64,000 bases of DNA, from positions 86,439 to 150,438 of the forward strand of contig JANQGX010000032.1 of assembly GCA_028282885.1 (NCBI GenBank), written 5' to 3'. This document shows, one piece after another, positions 9,936-20,296 of the stretch; positions within the stretch are counted from its first letter, which is position 1; each line of letters begins with the position of its first letter. Source of the DNA: SAR324 cluster bacterium (GTDB lineage: Bacteria > SAR324 > XYD2-FULL-50-16). Below the pieces are notes generated by a model, which was given only the letters and a program-made list of their open reading frames with translations, searched no databases and was not told where the DNA came from. The position numbers and the translations under genes are program-made.

Positions 9936-10256
9936 TCAACCCCCTTGATCTGCCAGGTTGATGATCTGTCCGTCAGGACAGTCATAGTGATCATGAAAAA
10001 CCGGCAACACCGGGATATTCATTTCTTTGGTGGTTTCAAAATCGAAGCAATGAATGTGATTCTTAGTCATGGAATCAATAATCGGTTTATGACGCAAACC
10101 ACGACACATCAGCACCAGGATCCTACGTCCAGGCTGACAGGTTCCGTTACAATCGTATCGATTCGCGTCATGCTCATAAACAGCGTTGGCAAGTATCGGG
10201 CCACGAAATAAGAAAAACCGGTGAAAAGATAAACCAACTCCTCTTAATGATATCAC
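9936..10256 (-). CDS. CGGC-domain-like Cys/His-rich small protein (start uncertain)
   Basis: 106-aa ORF with CNGTCQPG and multiple conserved C/H residues resembling the CGGC domain; its stop abuts the downstream start with the RBS embedded (translational coupling), supporting that it is coding; only a GTG start without clear RBS. Confidence 0.4.
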   Translation of the reverse strand: MISLRGVGLSFHRFFLFRGPILANAVYEHDANRYDCNGTCQPGRRILVLMCRGLRHKPIIDSMTKNHIHCFDFETTKEMNIPVLPVFHDHYDCPDGQIINLADQGG

Positions 10257-10429
10257 AGAAGGAGTCTAAAATAAATATCCTAGACTCTATCGGCAATTGT
10301 CGGAGTTATCGTCATCTTCCTGGTGAGATCCGACCCTCGCAACTACGAAACCCGAAATACCAATCCTGTCAATCCTTTTTTGAAGATCCTAATTTAAACA
10401 TTCAACTTGGAAAAGTGACTCAGGTAAGA

Positions 10430-10462
10430 AAAACCTGTCTCAAGACACTAGCTGAGACAGGT
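10430..10462 (-). terminator. rho-independent terminator after sterol-desaturase-family gene
   Basis: 11-bp perfect stem AACCTGTCTCA/TGAGACAGGTT followed on the minus strand by TTTTTCTT, 9 nt downstream of the stop at 10471. Confidence 0.5.
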
Positions 10463-10470
10463 TTGAAGGC

Positions 10471-11262
10471 CTATCGTTTGTTGATAAAGGGTTGGATTAA
10501 CAACCAATGCAGGTGGGAATACTTGGGGTTCCTGAAGAGCTCTATACCGATAGCCATGTTTTCATGCCCTTGTTCAGGCTGGTCACGATAAGTGCCAAAT
10601 AACTTATCCCACCAGGAAAGAAAAAATCCATAATTACTATCGGTTTCACGGCGCATGATGGAATGATGAACCCGATGCATATCGGGAGTGACGATAAACA
10701 GGCGAAGTATGCGGTCGATGGCTCCCGGTAATCTGATATTACCGTGGTTGAACATGGCCGAGCTGTTTAGAATCAGTTCAAAAACCAGTACAGCCAGAAC
10801 CGGTGGCCCGAGCACGACAACCACCGACATTTTGACAAACATGGACAGTATAATCTCAATGGGGTGGAAGCGTAGCGCAGTGGTGACATCGAAATCCATG
10901 TCGGTGTGATGCATGCGGTGCAAAAGCCATAATCGAGGCACCATGTGAAAGACCAGGTGCTGAAAATAGATGGTCATATCCAGCAGCAAAACCGATAAAA
11001 TGAAGGCAAGTTCGTAGGGAACCCGGAAATTGTTGAACAATCCCCAGCCTCTTTGTGTAGCCAGGTGTGCCAATCCCACGGCCAAAATGGGAAAAAGCCA
11101 GCGCAACAAAGCGCTGCTGACCACCACAATTCCGAGATTACTGTACCACCTTATAAGTCGTGAAACGGTTGCCTGTCTTCGCGGAAGTAGAAACTCCCAT
11201 ACAGCGATCACAACCAGCGTTCCAAGAAATATGCTTAGGCGGATTGTAAGTTCGTTTTCCAT
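10471..11262 (-). CDS. fatty acid hydroxylase/sterol desaturase family protein
   Basis: Histidine boxes HRMHH and HRVHH in a multi-TM protein; start placed at ATG 11262 (MENELTIRLSIFLG..., GGGGG RBS) instead of ORF-track 11361. Confidence 0.7.
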   Translation of the reverse strand: MENELTIRLSIFLGTLVVIAVWEFLLPRRQATVSRLIRWYSNLGIVVVSSALLRWLFPILAVGLAHLATQRGWGLFNNFRVPYELAFILSVLLLDMTIYFQHLVFHMVPRLWLLHRMHHTDMDFDVTTALRFHPIEIILSMFVKMSVVVVLGPPVLAVLVFELILNSSAMFNHGNIRLPGAIDRILRLFIVTPDMHRVHHSIMRRETDSNYGFFLSWWDKLFGTYRDQPEQGHENMAIGIELFRNPKYSHLHWLLIQPFINKR

Positions 11263-11850
11263 GTTTGCCCCCGAGATCCGATGCCTGATGAGAAGGCGAT
11301 CCTTAATGTTTAATTGGCACTGTTTGCTGCCAAGTATAAGAGAATAATTCGAGGTTGTCATCCGATACTAAAACCCATGGCAACAACTTTATTCCGGATA
11401 ACTTGGACTGCGAAAAATGATCAGTTCAAGAGATACGCTCATAAGGCACAACAGGACTGAAATCCATTTGAGTTGATAGCGAAAATCGGGGTATAATGGG
11501 TAGAAGTAAATCTGAAGAGAAGTTCTTTCGGACCCGGTCCGCTGAGCAACACTTGCTAAAACTCCATGGATATTGCCACGACATCTATTCTGCTGAATCT
11601 CAATGGCGGAACGGACTGAAGGTGGTATCAAACTTGCTGAAAGTGCCCTTTGTGATCAATATAGAAAAATCGGTAAGATGGGGTTGCGAGATAGCATTCG
11701 AGACAACTGGCCCGGATCAGACGTGTTGTTTAAAAAATTAACTCGATTCGATTGATGCGGAGGGAGTTGATCCATATTTGAAAACTCCGGATCGATTCTC
11801 TGGTGAGTTAATAAGTGTCTTCATTCAACCAATAAAGACAGGGGGTAACC

Positions 11851-13992
11851 GTGAACAAACAAAGGGTGCTGAGACTGGGAGTTGTTGTACTGATTATAGG
11901 ATTGATCGGATCCGTTTTCATTTTTGATCTGCAGCAGTATTTTACCCTGGAATATATCAAAAGCAGGCAACAGCTATTCGGCGACTACTACAGGGACAAC
12001 ACGGCATTCACAATCCTGGTGTTTTTGGGGGTTTATGTTATCTCTACTGCCATCTCCATCCCCGGGGCCGCTGTTCTAACCCTGATGGCCGGCGCTCTTT
12101 TTGGCCTCCTCTGGGGAACTGTCATCGTCTCCTTCGCCAGTTCCATCGGGGCAACCCTGGCGTTTATCACCTCCCGCTTTCTTTTGAGGGATTTTGTGCA
12201 AAAGAAGTTCGGGAGCCAGTTGGAAACCATTAACAAAGGGATTCGTAAGGAAGGGGAATACTATCTTTTTACCCTGCGATTGATACCGGTTTTTCCTTTT
12301 TTCCTGATTAATCTCTCTATGGGACTAACACCGATTGGACTGCTCAAGTACTATGTGGTTAGTCAGATCGGAATGCTCCCCGGCACCATTGTTTATGTTT
12401 TCGCCGGAACCCAGTTGGCGAAAGTCGAATCGCTCGGGGGGATTCTGTCACCCGGTCTGATTGCAGCTTTCACCCTTCTGGGACTATTTCCCCTTATCGC
12501 TAAAAAAGGAGTCGCCATGGCTAACTCGCGAAGAGCCCTGAAAAAGTACAAATCTCCCGGGAATTTTGATTATAACGTTGTGGTGATCGGAGCCGGATCC
12601 GGCGGTCTGGTTGCATCGTACATTTCGGCTGCCGTCAAGGCCAAAGTCGTTTTGATCGAGAAGCACAAGATGGGGGGTGATTGCCTGAATACCGGTTGTG
12701 TTCCCAGCAAAGCCCTGATTCGTTCCGCTAAAATGCTATCCTATGCGGAACGGGCAAAGGATTTCGGATTTGAAAAAACCAAGGTGGACTTCGACTTCAA
12801 GACAGTCATGGAGCGGGTAGCCGGGGTGATAAAGAAGGTCGAGCCCCATGATTCCGTTGAACGCTATCAGGATCTTGGCGTGGAGTGTATCACCGGTGAA
12901 GCCGAAATAATCGATCCATATCGTGTCAAGGTAAATGGCAATGTCATTACAACCAAAAACATCGTCGTGGCCAGCGGTGCCTCTCCGTTTGTTCCCCCAA
13001 TTCCGGGTATCGATCAGATGGATTACCTGACCAGTGACACGCTGTGGAACATCAGGGACCTCCCTAAACGTTTGATTATCCTGGGTGGCGGTCCGATCGG
13101 CAGTGAAATGGCTCAGACGTTTGCTCGACTGGGCTCGGAAGTTTCCCAGGTCGAGATGGCGCCTCAAATTCTGATCCGTGAGGATGAAGAGGTCAGTAAT
13201 CTGGTCGCGGAAAAGTTCAGAAAGGAAGGGGTCAAGGTCCTTACCGGGCACCGGGCCAAGGAGTTTCTAAAGGAAGACGGTGAGAAGATCCTGGTTTGTG
13301 AAGCCGAAGGAAAAGATGTCAGGATTCCTTTTGACCAGGTTATCGTAGCAGTCGGTCGCAGGGCGAATACCAAGGGATTCGGACTTGAGGAGCTGGGTGT
13401 TGAAATCGCCAAAAATGGAACCATCTCGCATGATGAGTATCTGAGGACGAATTACCCAAATATCTTCGTTTGTGGCGATGTGGCGGGACCTTATCAATTT
13501 ACCCATACAGCATCCCATCAGGCCTGGTATGCAGCCGTTAATGCTCTCTTTCGACCTTTCAGACAATTCAAGGTGGATTACCGCGTTATTCCCTGGTGTA
13601 CCTTCACTGATCCGGAAGTTGCGCGGGTCGGTTTGAATGAAAAGGAGGCCATGGAAAAGGATATCCCTTATGAAGCCACTGTCTACGGTATCGATGATCT
13701 GGACAGGGCTATCGCTGACAGCGAAGATCACGGATTCATAAAGGTTATAACCCCGCCGGGAAAAGACAAGATACTGGGCGTAACCATTGTTGGTACCCAT
13801 GCGGGCGACCTGATAGCAGAGTTTGTGTTGGCCATGAAGAATGGTCTGGGGCTGGGAAAGATTCTGGGAACCATCCATATCTACCCGACCCTGGGAGAAG
13901 CCAACAAGTATGCGGCTGGTAACTGGCGGAAGAATCACATACCGGAGAGACTGATGAGGTTTCTGGAGAAGTTCCATGCCTGGCGACGATAG
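11851..13992 (+). CDS. bifunctional DedA/TVP38-TMEM64 family membrane protein fused to FAD-dependent pyridine nucleotide-disulfide oxidoreductase
   Basis: 713 aa; N-terminal ~230 aa multi-TM with DedA-like region (...GAAVLTLMAGALFG...), C-terminal ~480 aa with FAD fold YNVVVIGAGSGGLVAS, redox-active disulfide GGDCLNTGCVPSK, NAD fold LIILGGGPIGSEMAQ and dimerisation domain. Confidence 0.8.
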   Translation: MNKQRVLRLGVVVLIIGLIGSVFIFDLQQYFTLEYIKSRQQLFGDYYRDNTAFTILVFLGVYVISTAISIPGAAVLTLMAGALFGLLWGTVIVSFASSIGATLAFITSRFLLRDFVQKKFGSQLETINKGIRKEGEYYLFTLRLIPVFPFFLINLSMGLTPIGLLKYYVVSQIGMLPGTIVYVFAGTQLAKVESLGGILSPGLIAAFTLLGLFPLIAKKGVAMANSRRALKKYKSPGNFDYNVVVIGAGSGGLVASYISAAVKAKVVLIEKHKMGGDCLNTGCVPSKALIRSAKMLSYAERAKDFGFEKTKVDFDFKTVMERVAGVIKKVEPHDSVERYQDLGVECITGEAEIIDPYRVKVNGNVITTKNIVVASGASPFVPPIPGIDQMDYLTSDTLWNIRDLPKRLIILGGGPIGSEMAQTFARLGSEVSQVEMAPQILIREDEEVSNLVAEKFRKEGVKVLTGHRAKEFLKEDGEKILVCEAEGKDVRIPFDQVIVAVGRRANTKGFGLEELGVEIAKNGTISHDEYLRTNYPNIFVCGDVAGPYQFTHTASHQAWYAAVNALFRPFRQFKVDYRVIPWCTFTDPEVARVGLNEKEAMEKDIPYEATVYGIDDLDRAIADSEDHGFIKVITPPGKDKILGVTIVGTHAGDLIAEFVLAMKNGLGLGKILGTIHIYPTLGEANKYAAGNWRKNHIPERLMRFLEKFHAWRR

Positions 13993-14041
13993 AGTACGCG
14001 GGGGGCAGATAGATCATAATAAGTTTTGCCTCCCCTAAGTG

Positions 14042-15502
14042 TTATTCTCCGGAGTCCTTGAACTCCTGCGCTATTTTTTTGAACTCCTCCTCAATAGCCA
14101 GGTAAGCATCCACTACCGCGGGGTCGAAATGGGATCCTTTTCCTTCCCGAATAATCTGACCTGCTTTTTCATGTGAAAAGGCAGGTTTGTAGACCCGTTT
14201 ACTGATCAGGGCGTCATAGACATCCGCCACGGCCATCAGTCTCCCAGCCAGGGGAATATCTTCGCCCTTCAGCCCGTTTGGATAGCCGGAACCATCCCAT
14301 TTTTCATGATGGGTCAGGGCAATCTCCCTGGCCAGTCTCAAAAAGTAATTGCTTCCAAGTCGTTGCTCTGCCACTTCCAGGGAGTCTCCTCCCAGCTTGG
14401 CATGAGTCTGCATGATATCAAACTCATCCTTTTCCAATTTACCGGGTTTCAGCAAAATATGGTCCGGAATACCCACTTTCCCGATATCATGTAATGGAGC
14501 TGATTTAAACAACAGGTCGATGATTTGAGGATTAAGACGATCCTGAAAGGCCGGTTTCTTGTAAAGCTCTTCGGCGAGGATTTTGACGTATCGTTGGGTT
14601 CTGAGAATGTGGTTTCCGGTTTCATTGTCCCGCGTTTCCGCCAGGGAAGCCAGTGTCAGGATGGTTGTATCCTGGGTCTGCTGTAACTCTTCTGTCCGTT
14701 TTTTTAGTCCTTCCACCATGATGTTGGTATGCTTGGCCATGACACCAAACTCATCGTTGCTGCTGATGGGAACAAAGACATCAAAATTACCGTTTGTGGC
14801 TTTTTGCAGAGCAGAGGTTTCCTTCACCAGAAAATTCTGCAGATTACGGGAATAGGAGATCACCAGGTTGAAGACGTGGATCAGAATGGTTGCCGCAACA
14901 AAACCGAATTCGAGCAGAATGGCACGCTGGGCTGTATCAATGCGGATCGCATTGCCTACCTCTGCAAGCCAGTCCAAATCTTTGCTGATAATCAGAAAGA
15001 TAACACCAATGATAAGACAGACACTGATGCTGGCAAAAAAACCAAATTTTTTAGGCTGCGAGAAATAATGGTCATCCGGGGAGATCTGTCTACCTGTTTT
15101 GGCAAAAAACTGGCTCAGATTCCATTCCAGCTCCAGACTCAGATCCGCCGCAGTAAAAAAGCCGATGAGTGCCAACGCGACCAGGTACTTCAATCCACTT
15201 TCCAGGGGAAACCCATAGTAGATCGTGTTAAAAACAGTCAGTATCAACCCGATGGTCAGAAATAAAATCAGCTCCCACTGAAATACCCTTCGGGATTGAA
15301 ACTGGTAAGGGCTTTTGCGGATCAGACGTTTTATTATCCATACCTGGACCAGGAACAGAACAGAGAACAGAACCACTACCGGTACCGCCAATTGCGGAAG
15401 GGTAAGAGTCTCCAGAAAGGGACAAACCTGGCCTCCATAAATAACGATAACCACAATGGCTGCTGCATAATGAATCACTCTTCTGACCATTGAGACTCCC
15501 AT
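14042..15502 (-). CDS. membrane-bound HD-GYP domain c-di-GMP phosphodiesterase
   Basis: N-terminal multi-TM region plus linker; C-terminal HD-GYP (LHDIGKVGIP..., HHEKWDGSGYPNGL..., VADVYDAL). Confidence 0.85.
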   Translation of the reverse strand: MGVSMVRRVIHYAAAIVVIVIYGGQVCPFLETLTLPQLAVPVVVLFSVLFLVQVWIIKRLIRKSPYQFQSRRVFQWELILFLTIGLILTVFNTIYYGFPLESGLKYLVALALIGFFTAADLSLELEWNLSQFFAKTGRQISPDDHYFSQPKKFGFFASISVCLIIGVIFLIISKDLDWLAEVGNAIRIDTAQRAILLEFGFVAATILIHVFNLVISYSRNLQNFLVKETSALQKATNGNFDVFVPISSNDEFGVMAKHTNIMVEGLKKRTEELQQTQDTTILTLASLAETRDNETGNHILRTQRYVKILAEELYKKPAFQDRLNPQIIDLLFKSAPLHDIGKVGIPDHILLKPGKLEKDEFDIMQTHAKLGGDSLEVAEQRLGSNYFLRLAREIALTHHEKWDGSGYPNGLKGEDIPLAGRLMAVADVYDALISKRVYKPAFSHEKAGQIIREGKGSHFDPAVVDAYLAIEEEFKKIAQEFKDSGE

Positions 15503-15724
15503 TCACTTGGTTGATATGATTAAGGCAGTTCCGGAATTATAATCTTTTCAGCCATCTTTTAAAATACAAAAGTGAGGATCAACCCATATAGATCCCGGAG
15601 ATTGCAGAAGAATTGAATTCGGATTTTTTATTCTCAGATAGACAAGCGGTTCAAATCACTATAAGATTATGTTAATTTCCTCATTTTCACTCTTTATGGC
15701 TACAACCCCAACTTTGAACCTTAA

Positions 15725-16060
15725 ATGAGCCAATCGGACAGAAAACCCTTTTTCATTGCCTCCCGCAGCGAATTGACTGATGAGCTGATTTCCCTGGCTG
15801 TGGGGGATAAAGAACTGGTCATTGTAAAACACGAAGGAGAAGTATCGGTTTTTAGCGGACTCTGCCTGCATGAGGAGGCCTTGTTGGCTGACGGCTTTCT
15901 GGAGAACGGATTTATCACCTGCGGCAAACACCTCTGGCGTTACAGCCTGGAAAATGGCGAGTTGGACAAGCAACCCGGTGTCGGGATCAAGAAACTGACC
16001 ACCTGGTTTGAAGGCGATGATCTTTACCTGGATCTCAACGAACTGGATGCAATGGACTAG
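15725..16060 (+). CDS. Rieske [2Fe-2S] domain protein (NirD-like small subunit)
   Basis: 111 aa with CLH...CGKH Rieske ligand boxes at typical spacing. Confidence 0.65.
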   Translation: MSQSDRKPFFIASRSELTDELISLAVGDKELVIVKHEGEVSVFSGLCLHEEALLADGFLENGFITCGKHLWRYSLENGELDKQPGVGIKKLTTWFEGDDLYLDLNELDAMD

Positions 16061-16221
16061 ATAACCGGAACAACAAGAGTAAATATCCCCGCAACAGGTC
16101 CGGGTTTGCTATTGAAAACCAGCCAAAAACCCGAAGGCAGATTCAACGGAAGGCAAAGATATTTGCACGATTAGTGCAGATAGTTTTTCTTATAACACTA
16201 TCAAAACACTGCCAATAAGGT

Positions 16222-16803
16222 TTGATCATGCAAAATAGATCCAAGAACGCTCTCCTGGCAGGGGCCATATCAGGGCTGCTGATTCTGTTGTCTTTTCAGA
16301 ACCTGCTCGCTTACTCTCCATGGGAAGATAACGCTAACTACAATCCCGAATTAAAGAAAGCAAAAATTCTGCGATTTTCCGGGATCGAAGAGGTGGATGT
16401 CTATCCCATCACCCAGAAAAACTGTATCTATGAGCAATTGGAAGAGCAGGCGGATGTCCGGACCAGCGAATCGTACCGTCAGCCCCATTGTGCCAGCCTG
16501 AGAAACCAACGAATCAAAGCCAGTGATAACAATGAAATGCCTGCGGGGACAAGAGTCACCAAGGTACCGGCCGATCAGTATTTTAAGATCGAAATGCATA
16601 TCAGTCCCCAGATGTCCAACCGGGTCGGTGAAGCGTTTGGAGTGCAGATTATAGATGCTGAAACCCATGAGACCATGTTTCTCCAGGGGGGATGGAAGGC
16701 CGGCGACAAGCGACTGTCCAAAGCCATAAAACTGAAACCGGGTCGTTACTATTGGCGTTGCCCCGTGAATCCGACTCCCTGGTACGGATTGATTGCCGAA
16801 TAA
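16222..16803 (+). CDS. exported hypothetical protein
   Basis: 193 aa, N-terminal signal peptide (ALLAGAISGLLILLSFQNLLA), no family recognised; C-terminal half may be cupredoxin-like (speculative). Confidence 0.5.
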   Translation: MIMQNRSKNALLAGAISGLLILLSFQNLLAYSPWEDNANYNPELKKAKILRFSGIEEVDVYPITQKNCIYEQLEEQADVRTSESYRQPHCASLRNQRIKASDNNEMPAGTRVTKVPADQYFKIEMHISPQMSNRVGEAFGVQIIDAETHETMFLQGGWKAGDKRLSKAIKLKPGRYYWRCPVNPTPWYGLIAE

Positions 16804-16861
16804 GCTTTTACTCAGGTCAATACGCCTAACCCTTTCATCTAATTCAAAACCACGTTAAGAG

Positions 16862-19207
16862 ATGAAGTCATCAAAGTCGAGTTTGGGATCGGTCTCCGAA
16901 TGGTGGCAAAACAGGATCATCCGTACAAAGATACTGATTGGAATATTTGTGGGTGTATTTCTATTTCAAACCATCAGCACAACCTATCAAATGCAGCAGG
17001 TTGAAAAAGATATACTGGACACCTACAAACAGAATGCTCTCAACCTTTCCGTATCGGTCGATTGCATTATGCTCAAGGATCCCATTCTCTTTTTCAACCT
17101 GCTGGACCGAATCGGCAGAACAGAAGTGGTGGGAATCAAAATTGATGATAACCACCCTTCCTGCGTCGAACGCGACTCCTACCTGAAACGGTTGAAGAGT
17201 GCCTTTCTGGCAGAATTTGAACAGAAAAACCAATCAGACAACCAATCCGAACCTGTTCCGGCTGTTGATGAAGACATCGAGGTGATCAATGAAGAACCAG
17301 TAGAATCAAACCTCCCGGCGGCCACGCTGCTCAGCGGCAACGCTATCGACCTGAATTTCGATCTGGCAAGAGTCGAAGGTCAATTGGAGACAACGGAGAT
17401 CTTCATCAACGGAGAACTGCAACCCCAACTGCTCTATACGGTTAAAGTAAACGGGGTTGAGCTGACCTTCGACCTGACCGATCTGCCGGAACAGAAATTG
17501 AACCGCTTCCTGTTTCTCTTTTTCACCGCCCTGGGAAACCTGCTGGTCCTTTTTATTATCATCTGGCTGCTTAGTGGACGCCTGGTCGATCCGTTGAAGA
17601 AACTAACCCTTTTTGCACAGCATATCATGACCTCCGGAGTCCTTGAATCCGGGGGCGATATCGGACAGGTCAAGATCGAAACCAGGGATGAGATAGGTAT
17701 CCTGGCCAGGGCGATCAACAATATGACGGCAAAAATCCAGCAAAGCTACCGCCAGATCATTAAAAGCAAGGCTGCCATTGGCGATCTGCTGAATAATACC
17801 GGCCAAGGATTTTTCAGCTTCGGACCGGATTACTTGATAGATGAGGAGTATTCCAAAGCCTGTGACCTCTATTTTAAATCTTCTATATCGGGCCTGAATG
17901 CCCTGGAACTGATGGTGCCTGAGAATCTGAAAGAGGTAAAAGAGCTAACCGATCTCCTGTTTGACGGTGTCGGGGATCTCTCCCTGCTGGAAGATCTGCT
18001 GCCACGGGAGATATCTCTTCACCGGAGAATCCTGTCTGTGGAATATCGATTCATTAAGGCTGCCGGAGAAGAGCTGAAGGATAAGATGATGGTCATTCTG
18101 ACCGACATCACCCAGGAGAGAGAGCTTGAACACCAATTACAGAAAGATGAAGCCCTCAACGAACTGGTCATCAAAATAGCCAGGGACAGGGATGGTTTTA
18201 TGCAATTCGTTCAGGACACCAACAAGCTTTTGGGTTCTATGTCAACCGATCTGAAAGATCCGTCAGTGACGATTGACCCGGTAGCGGTTATGCATGACCT
18301 GCACACTGTCAAGGGTATTTCAGCCAGCTACGGCCTGGGCACCGTTGCAGAAACAACCCATCGCATCGAGGACTGGATTCAGGAAACAGGACCCGATGAG
18401 GTCTTTTCCAGCGGGGAGAATATTAAATCACTGGAATCATCCCTGCTTGAGCTGCGGCGAAACCTGAAGGATTCATTGGAGAATGTAAGGGATATCATCA
18501 CCTGGGACGAGATTGTTGGCAGCAAGCAGCGGTATTACAAAGTCAATGAGGAAAAAGTGGTGAGGCTGGAGGCAATGTTCAGCGATACCAAAAAGGTTCG
18601 TCTGAATGAGATTCGACAGGCTCTCTATGAGTTCCGTAAAGAGCCAATTCTGCCGGTTTTCAGGAAGTACGCGGGAACAGCCGAGAAGCTGGCAGAAAAA
18701 CTGGGCAAGCAGATCAAAGTGGAACTGGCAGGCACCGACGTGGAAGTTTTTTACAAACGTCTTGAACCCCTGTTTGATGTATTGGTACATCTGGTGCGAA
18801 ACTCGGTAGATCATGGTTTGGAATCTACTGAAAAACGATTGAAAACGGGGAAACCGGAAACCGGGGTCCTGGAACTGTCGGCCGGCTATCAGGACAATGA
18901 TCTGATCCTTGCGATAGCCGATGACGGTGGCGGTATTGAAACAGCTAAGGTGGTTAAGGCAGCCCTGGAGCGAGGGCTGATAACCGCAGAAGAGGCAGAT
19001 CAACTGGGGCAGGATGATGCCATCAGGTTGTTATTCAAACCCGGATTTTCAACCAGCGAAAGTGTCTCGGATATTTCCGGGCGAGGTATAGGCATGGACG
19101 CTGTAAAGTCCAAGGTTGCGGAACTGGGTGGCTCCATCTCGGTAAAAACCCGGAAAGGCAGAGGCACCACCTTTAGAATCCGGATTCCCGATCACCCATC
19201 GTCATGA
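16862..19207 (+). CDS. membrane sensor kinase with HAMP, Hpt and CheA-type ATPase domains
   Basis: 781 aa: TM - ~170-aa periplasmic region - TM - HAMP; Hpt-like motif HTVKGISASYG; CheA-like N box HLVRNSVDHGLE, G1 DDGGGIE, G2 GRGIGMDAV; no CheW-like or receiver domain. Confidence 0.7.
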   Translation: MKSSKSSLGSVSEWWQNRIIRTKILIGIFVGVFLFQTISTTYQMQQVEKDILDTYKQNALNLSVSVDCIMLKDPILFFNLLDRIGRTEVVGIKIDDNHPSCVERDSYLKRLKSAFLAEFEQKNQSDNQSEPVPAVDEDIEVINEEPVESNLPAATLLSGNAIDLNFDLARVEGQLETTEIFINGELQPQLLYTVKVNGVELTFDLTDLPEQKLNRFLFLFFTALGNLLVLFIIIWLLSGRLVDPLKKLTLFAQHIMTSGVLESGGDIGQVKIETRDEIGILARAINNMTAKIQQSYRQIIKSKAAIGDLLNNTGQGFFSFGPDYLIDEEYSKACDLYFKSSISGLNALELMVPENLKEVKELTDLLFDGVGDLSLLEDLLPREISLHRRILSVEYRFIKAAGEELKDKMMVILTDITQERELEHQLQKDEALNELVIKIARDRDGFMQFVQDTNKLLGSMSTDLKDPSVTIDPVAVMHDLHTVKGISASYGLGTVAETTHRIEDWIQETGPDEVFSSGENIKSLESSLLELRRNLKDSLENVRDIITWDEIVGSKQRYYKVNEEKVVRLEAMFSDTKKVRLNEIRQALYEFRKEPILPVFRKYAGTAEKLAEKLGKQIKVELAGTDVEVFYKRLEPLFDVLVHLVRNSVDHGLESTEKRLKTGKPETGVLELSAGYQDNDLILAIADDGGGIETAKVVKAALERGLITAEEADQLGQDDAIRLLFKPGFSTSESVSDISGRGIGMDAVKSKVAELGGSISVKTRKGRGTTFRIRIPDHPSS

Positions 19208-19333
19208 GAAATCGATCTCTGTTGCAGGCTCCGATCCTGTCTCACGGTATTGAAGGAAAGATGTTTTGTGTTTGGGGGAACAGCAGTTATACTATTGAAT
19301 TGCACCATGGAATCGACAATCAATGGAGGAAAT

Positions 19334-19990
19334 ATGAGACACCTGTTTCAAATTATTGTTATGATACTCTTATTAGGCCCGGCCTTTTCCCCGGAGTCAA
19401 TCGGTGACACCACTGTTCCCGTGGGAACATTCTCCAAAGGAGATATAGAAGGATGGCAAAACAAGAGCTTTGAGGGTGAAACCGATTATCAACTGGTGAC
19501 TGTCGATAACCTCCAGGTTATCAAAGCTGAAAGCCGGCAGACATCTTCCGGCTTTTACAAGGAGATCGAAGTGGACCTGACCAAAACACCCTATCTGAAC
19601 TGGTCATGGCAGACGAATCGTATGCTTGAGGGAAACGATGAAAAAGCCAAATCCGGCGATGACTACGTAGCCAGGATCTATGTGGTGACCAAAACCGGTC
19701 CCTTTTTCTTTAGCCTCAAGGCATTGAACTATGTCTGGAGCTCACATAATCCGGAGGGGAGCGATTGGGCCAATGCTTTTACCTCCAAGGCGTGGATCGT
19801 GACGGTGCGATCCGGAACCGAAAAAACGGGTCAGTGGATTCATGAGAAGCGAGATGTGCGTAAGGATTTTGCCAGGTATTTCGGAACTGATGTGGACTCC
19901 ATAAACGCCGTAGCTATCATGACTGATACGGATAATAGCGGACAAGAGGCAACAGCCCTTTATGGTGATATCTATTTTACTGCCGAGTAA
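19334..19990 (+). CDS. exported hypothetical protein
   Basis: Start placed at ATG 19334 (GGAGGA RBS) giving signal peptide MRHLFQIIVMILLLGPAFS; ~218 aa; possible DUF3047-like, not certain. Confidence 0.5.
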   Translation: MRHLFQIIVMILLLGPAFSPESIGDTTVPVGTFSKGDIEGWQNKSFEGETDYQLVTVDNLQVIKAESRQTSSGFYKEIEVDLTKTPYLNWSWQTNRMLEGNDEKAKSGDDYVARIYVVTKTGPFFFSLKALNYVWSSHNPEGSDWANAFTSKAWIVTVRSGTEKTGQWIHEKRDVRKDFARYFGTDVDSINAVAIMTDTDNSGQEATALYGDIYFTAE

Positions 19991-20296
19991 TTTATTTGGC
20001 ACACTTCTTTCAGAAGGATTGTCATGGTTTGACTCAACCTGATCGAATCAATTCCCTCAGGTTTTACCGGAGAGAAGAGCTTTCTCCGACTCAGGAATGA
20101 GTGCAACGATAACATTCGATTTTCGGATAATTTGACAGCGTCGTCCGATCAAGGTAGATTTCAGTTAATCATCTGAATTCCGGGTTAGCAGTAACCGGTT
20201 GAATATTGAAGCTCCGAATGTTTTACCTTTTGGGCGAGGGGACAGGAAGGGGTGCGAAGCAATCTGCTTATCAATCTATAATTCTATATTTTTGCT

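Noticed and set aside
9816-10211. 131-aa plus-strand ORF
   Set aside because: Antisense to the CGGC-like and phosphatidyltransferase genes; no features.
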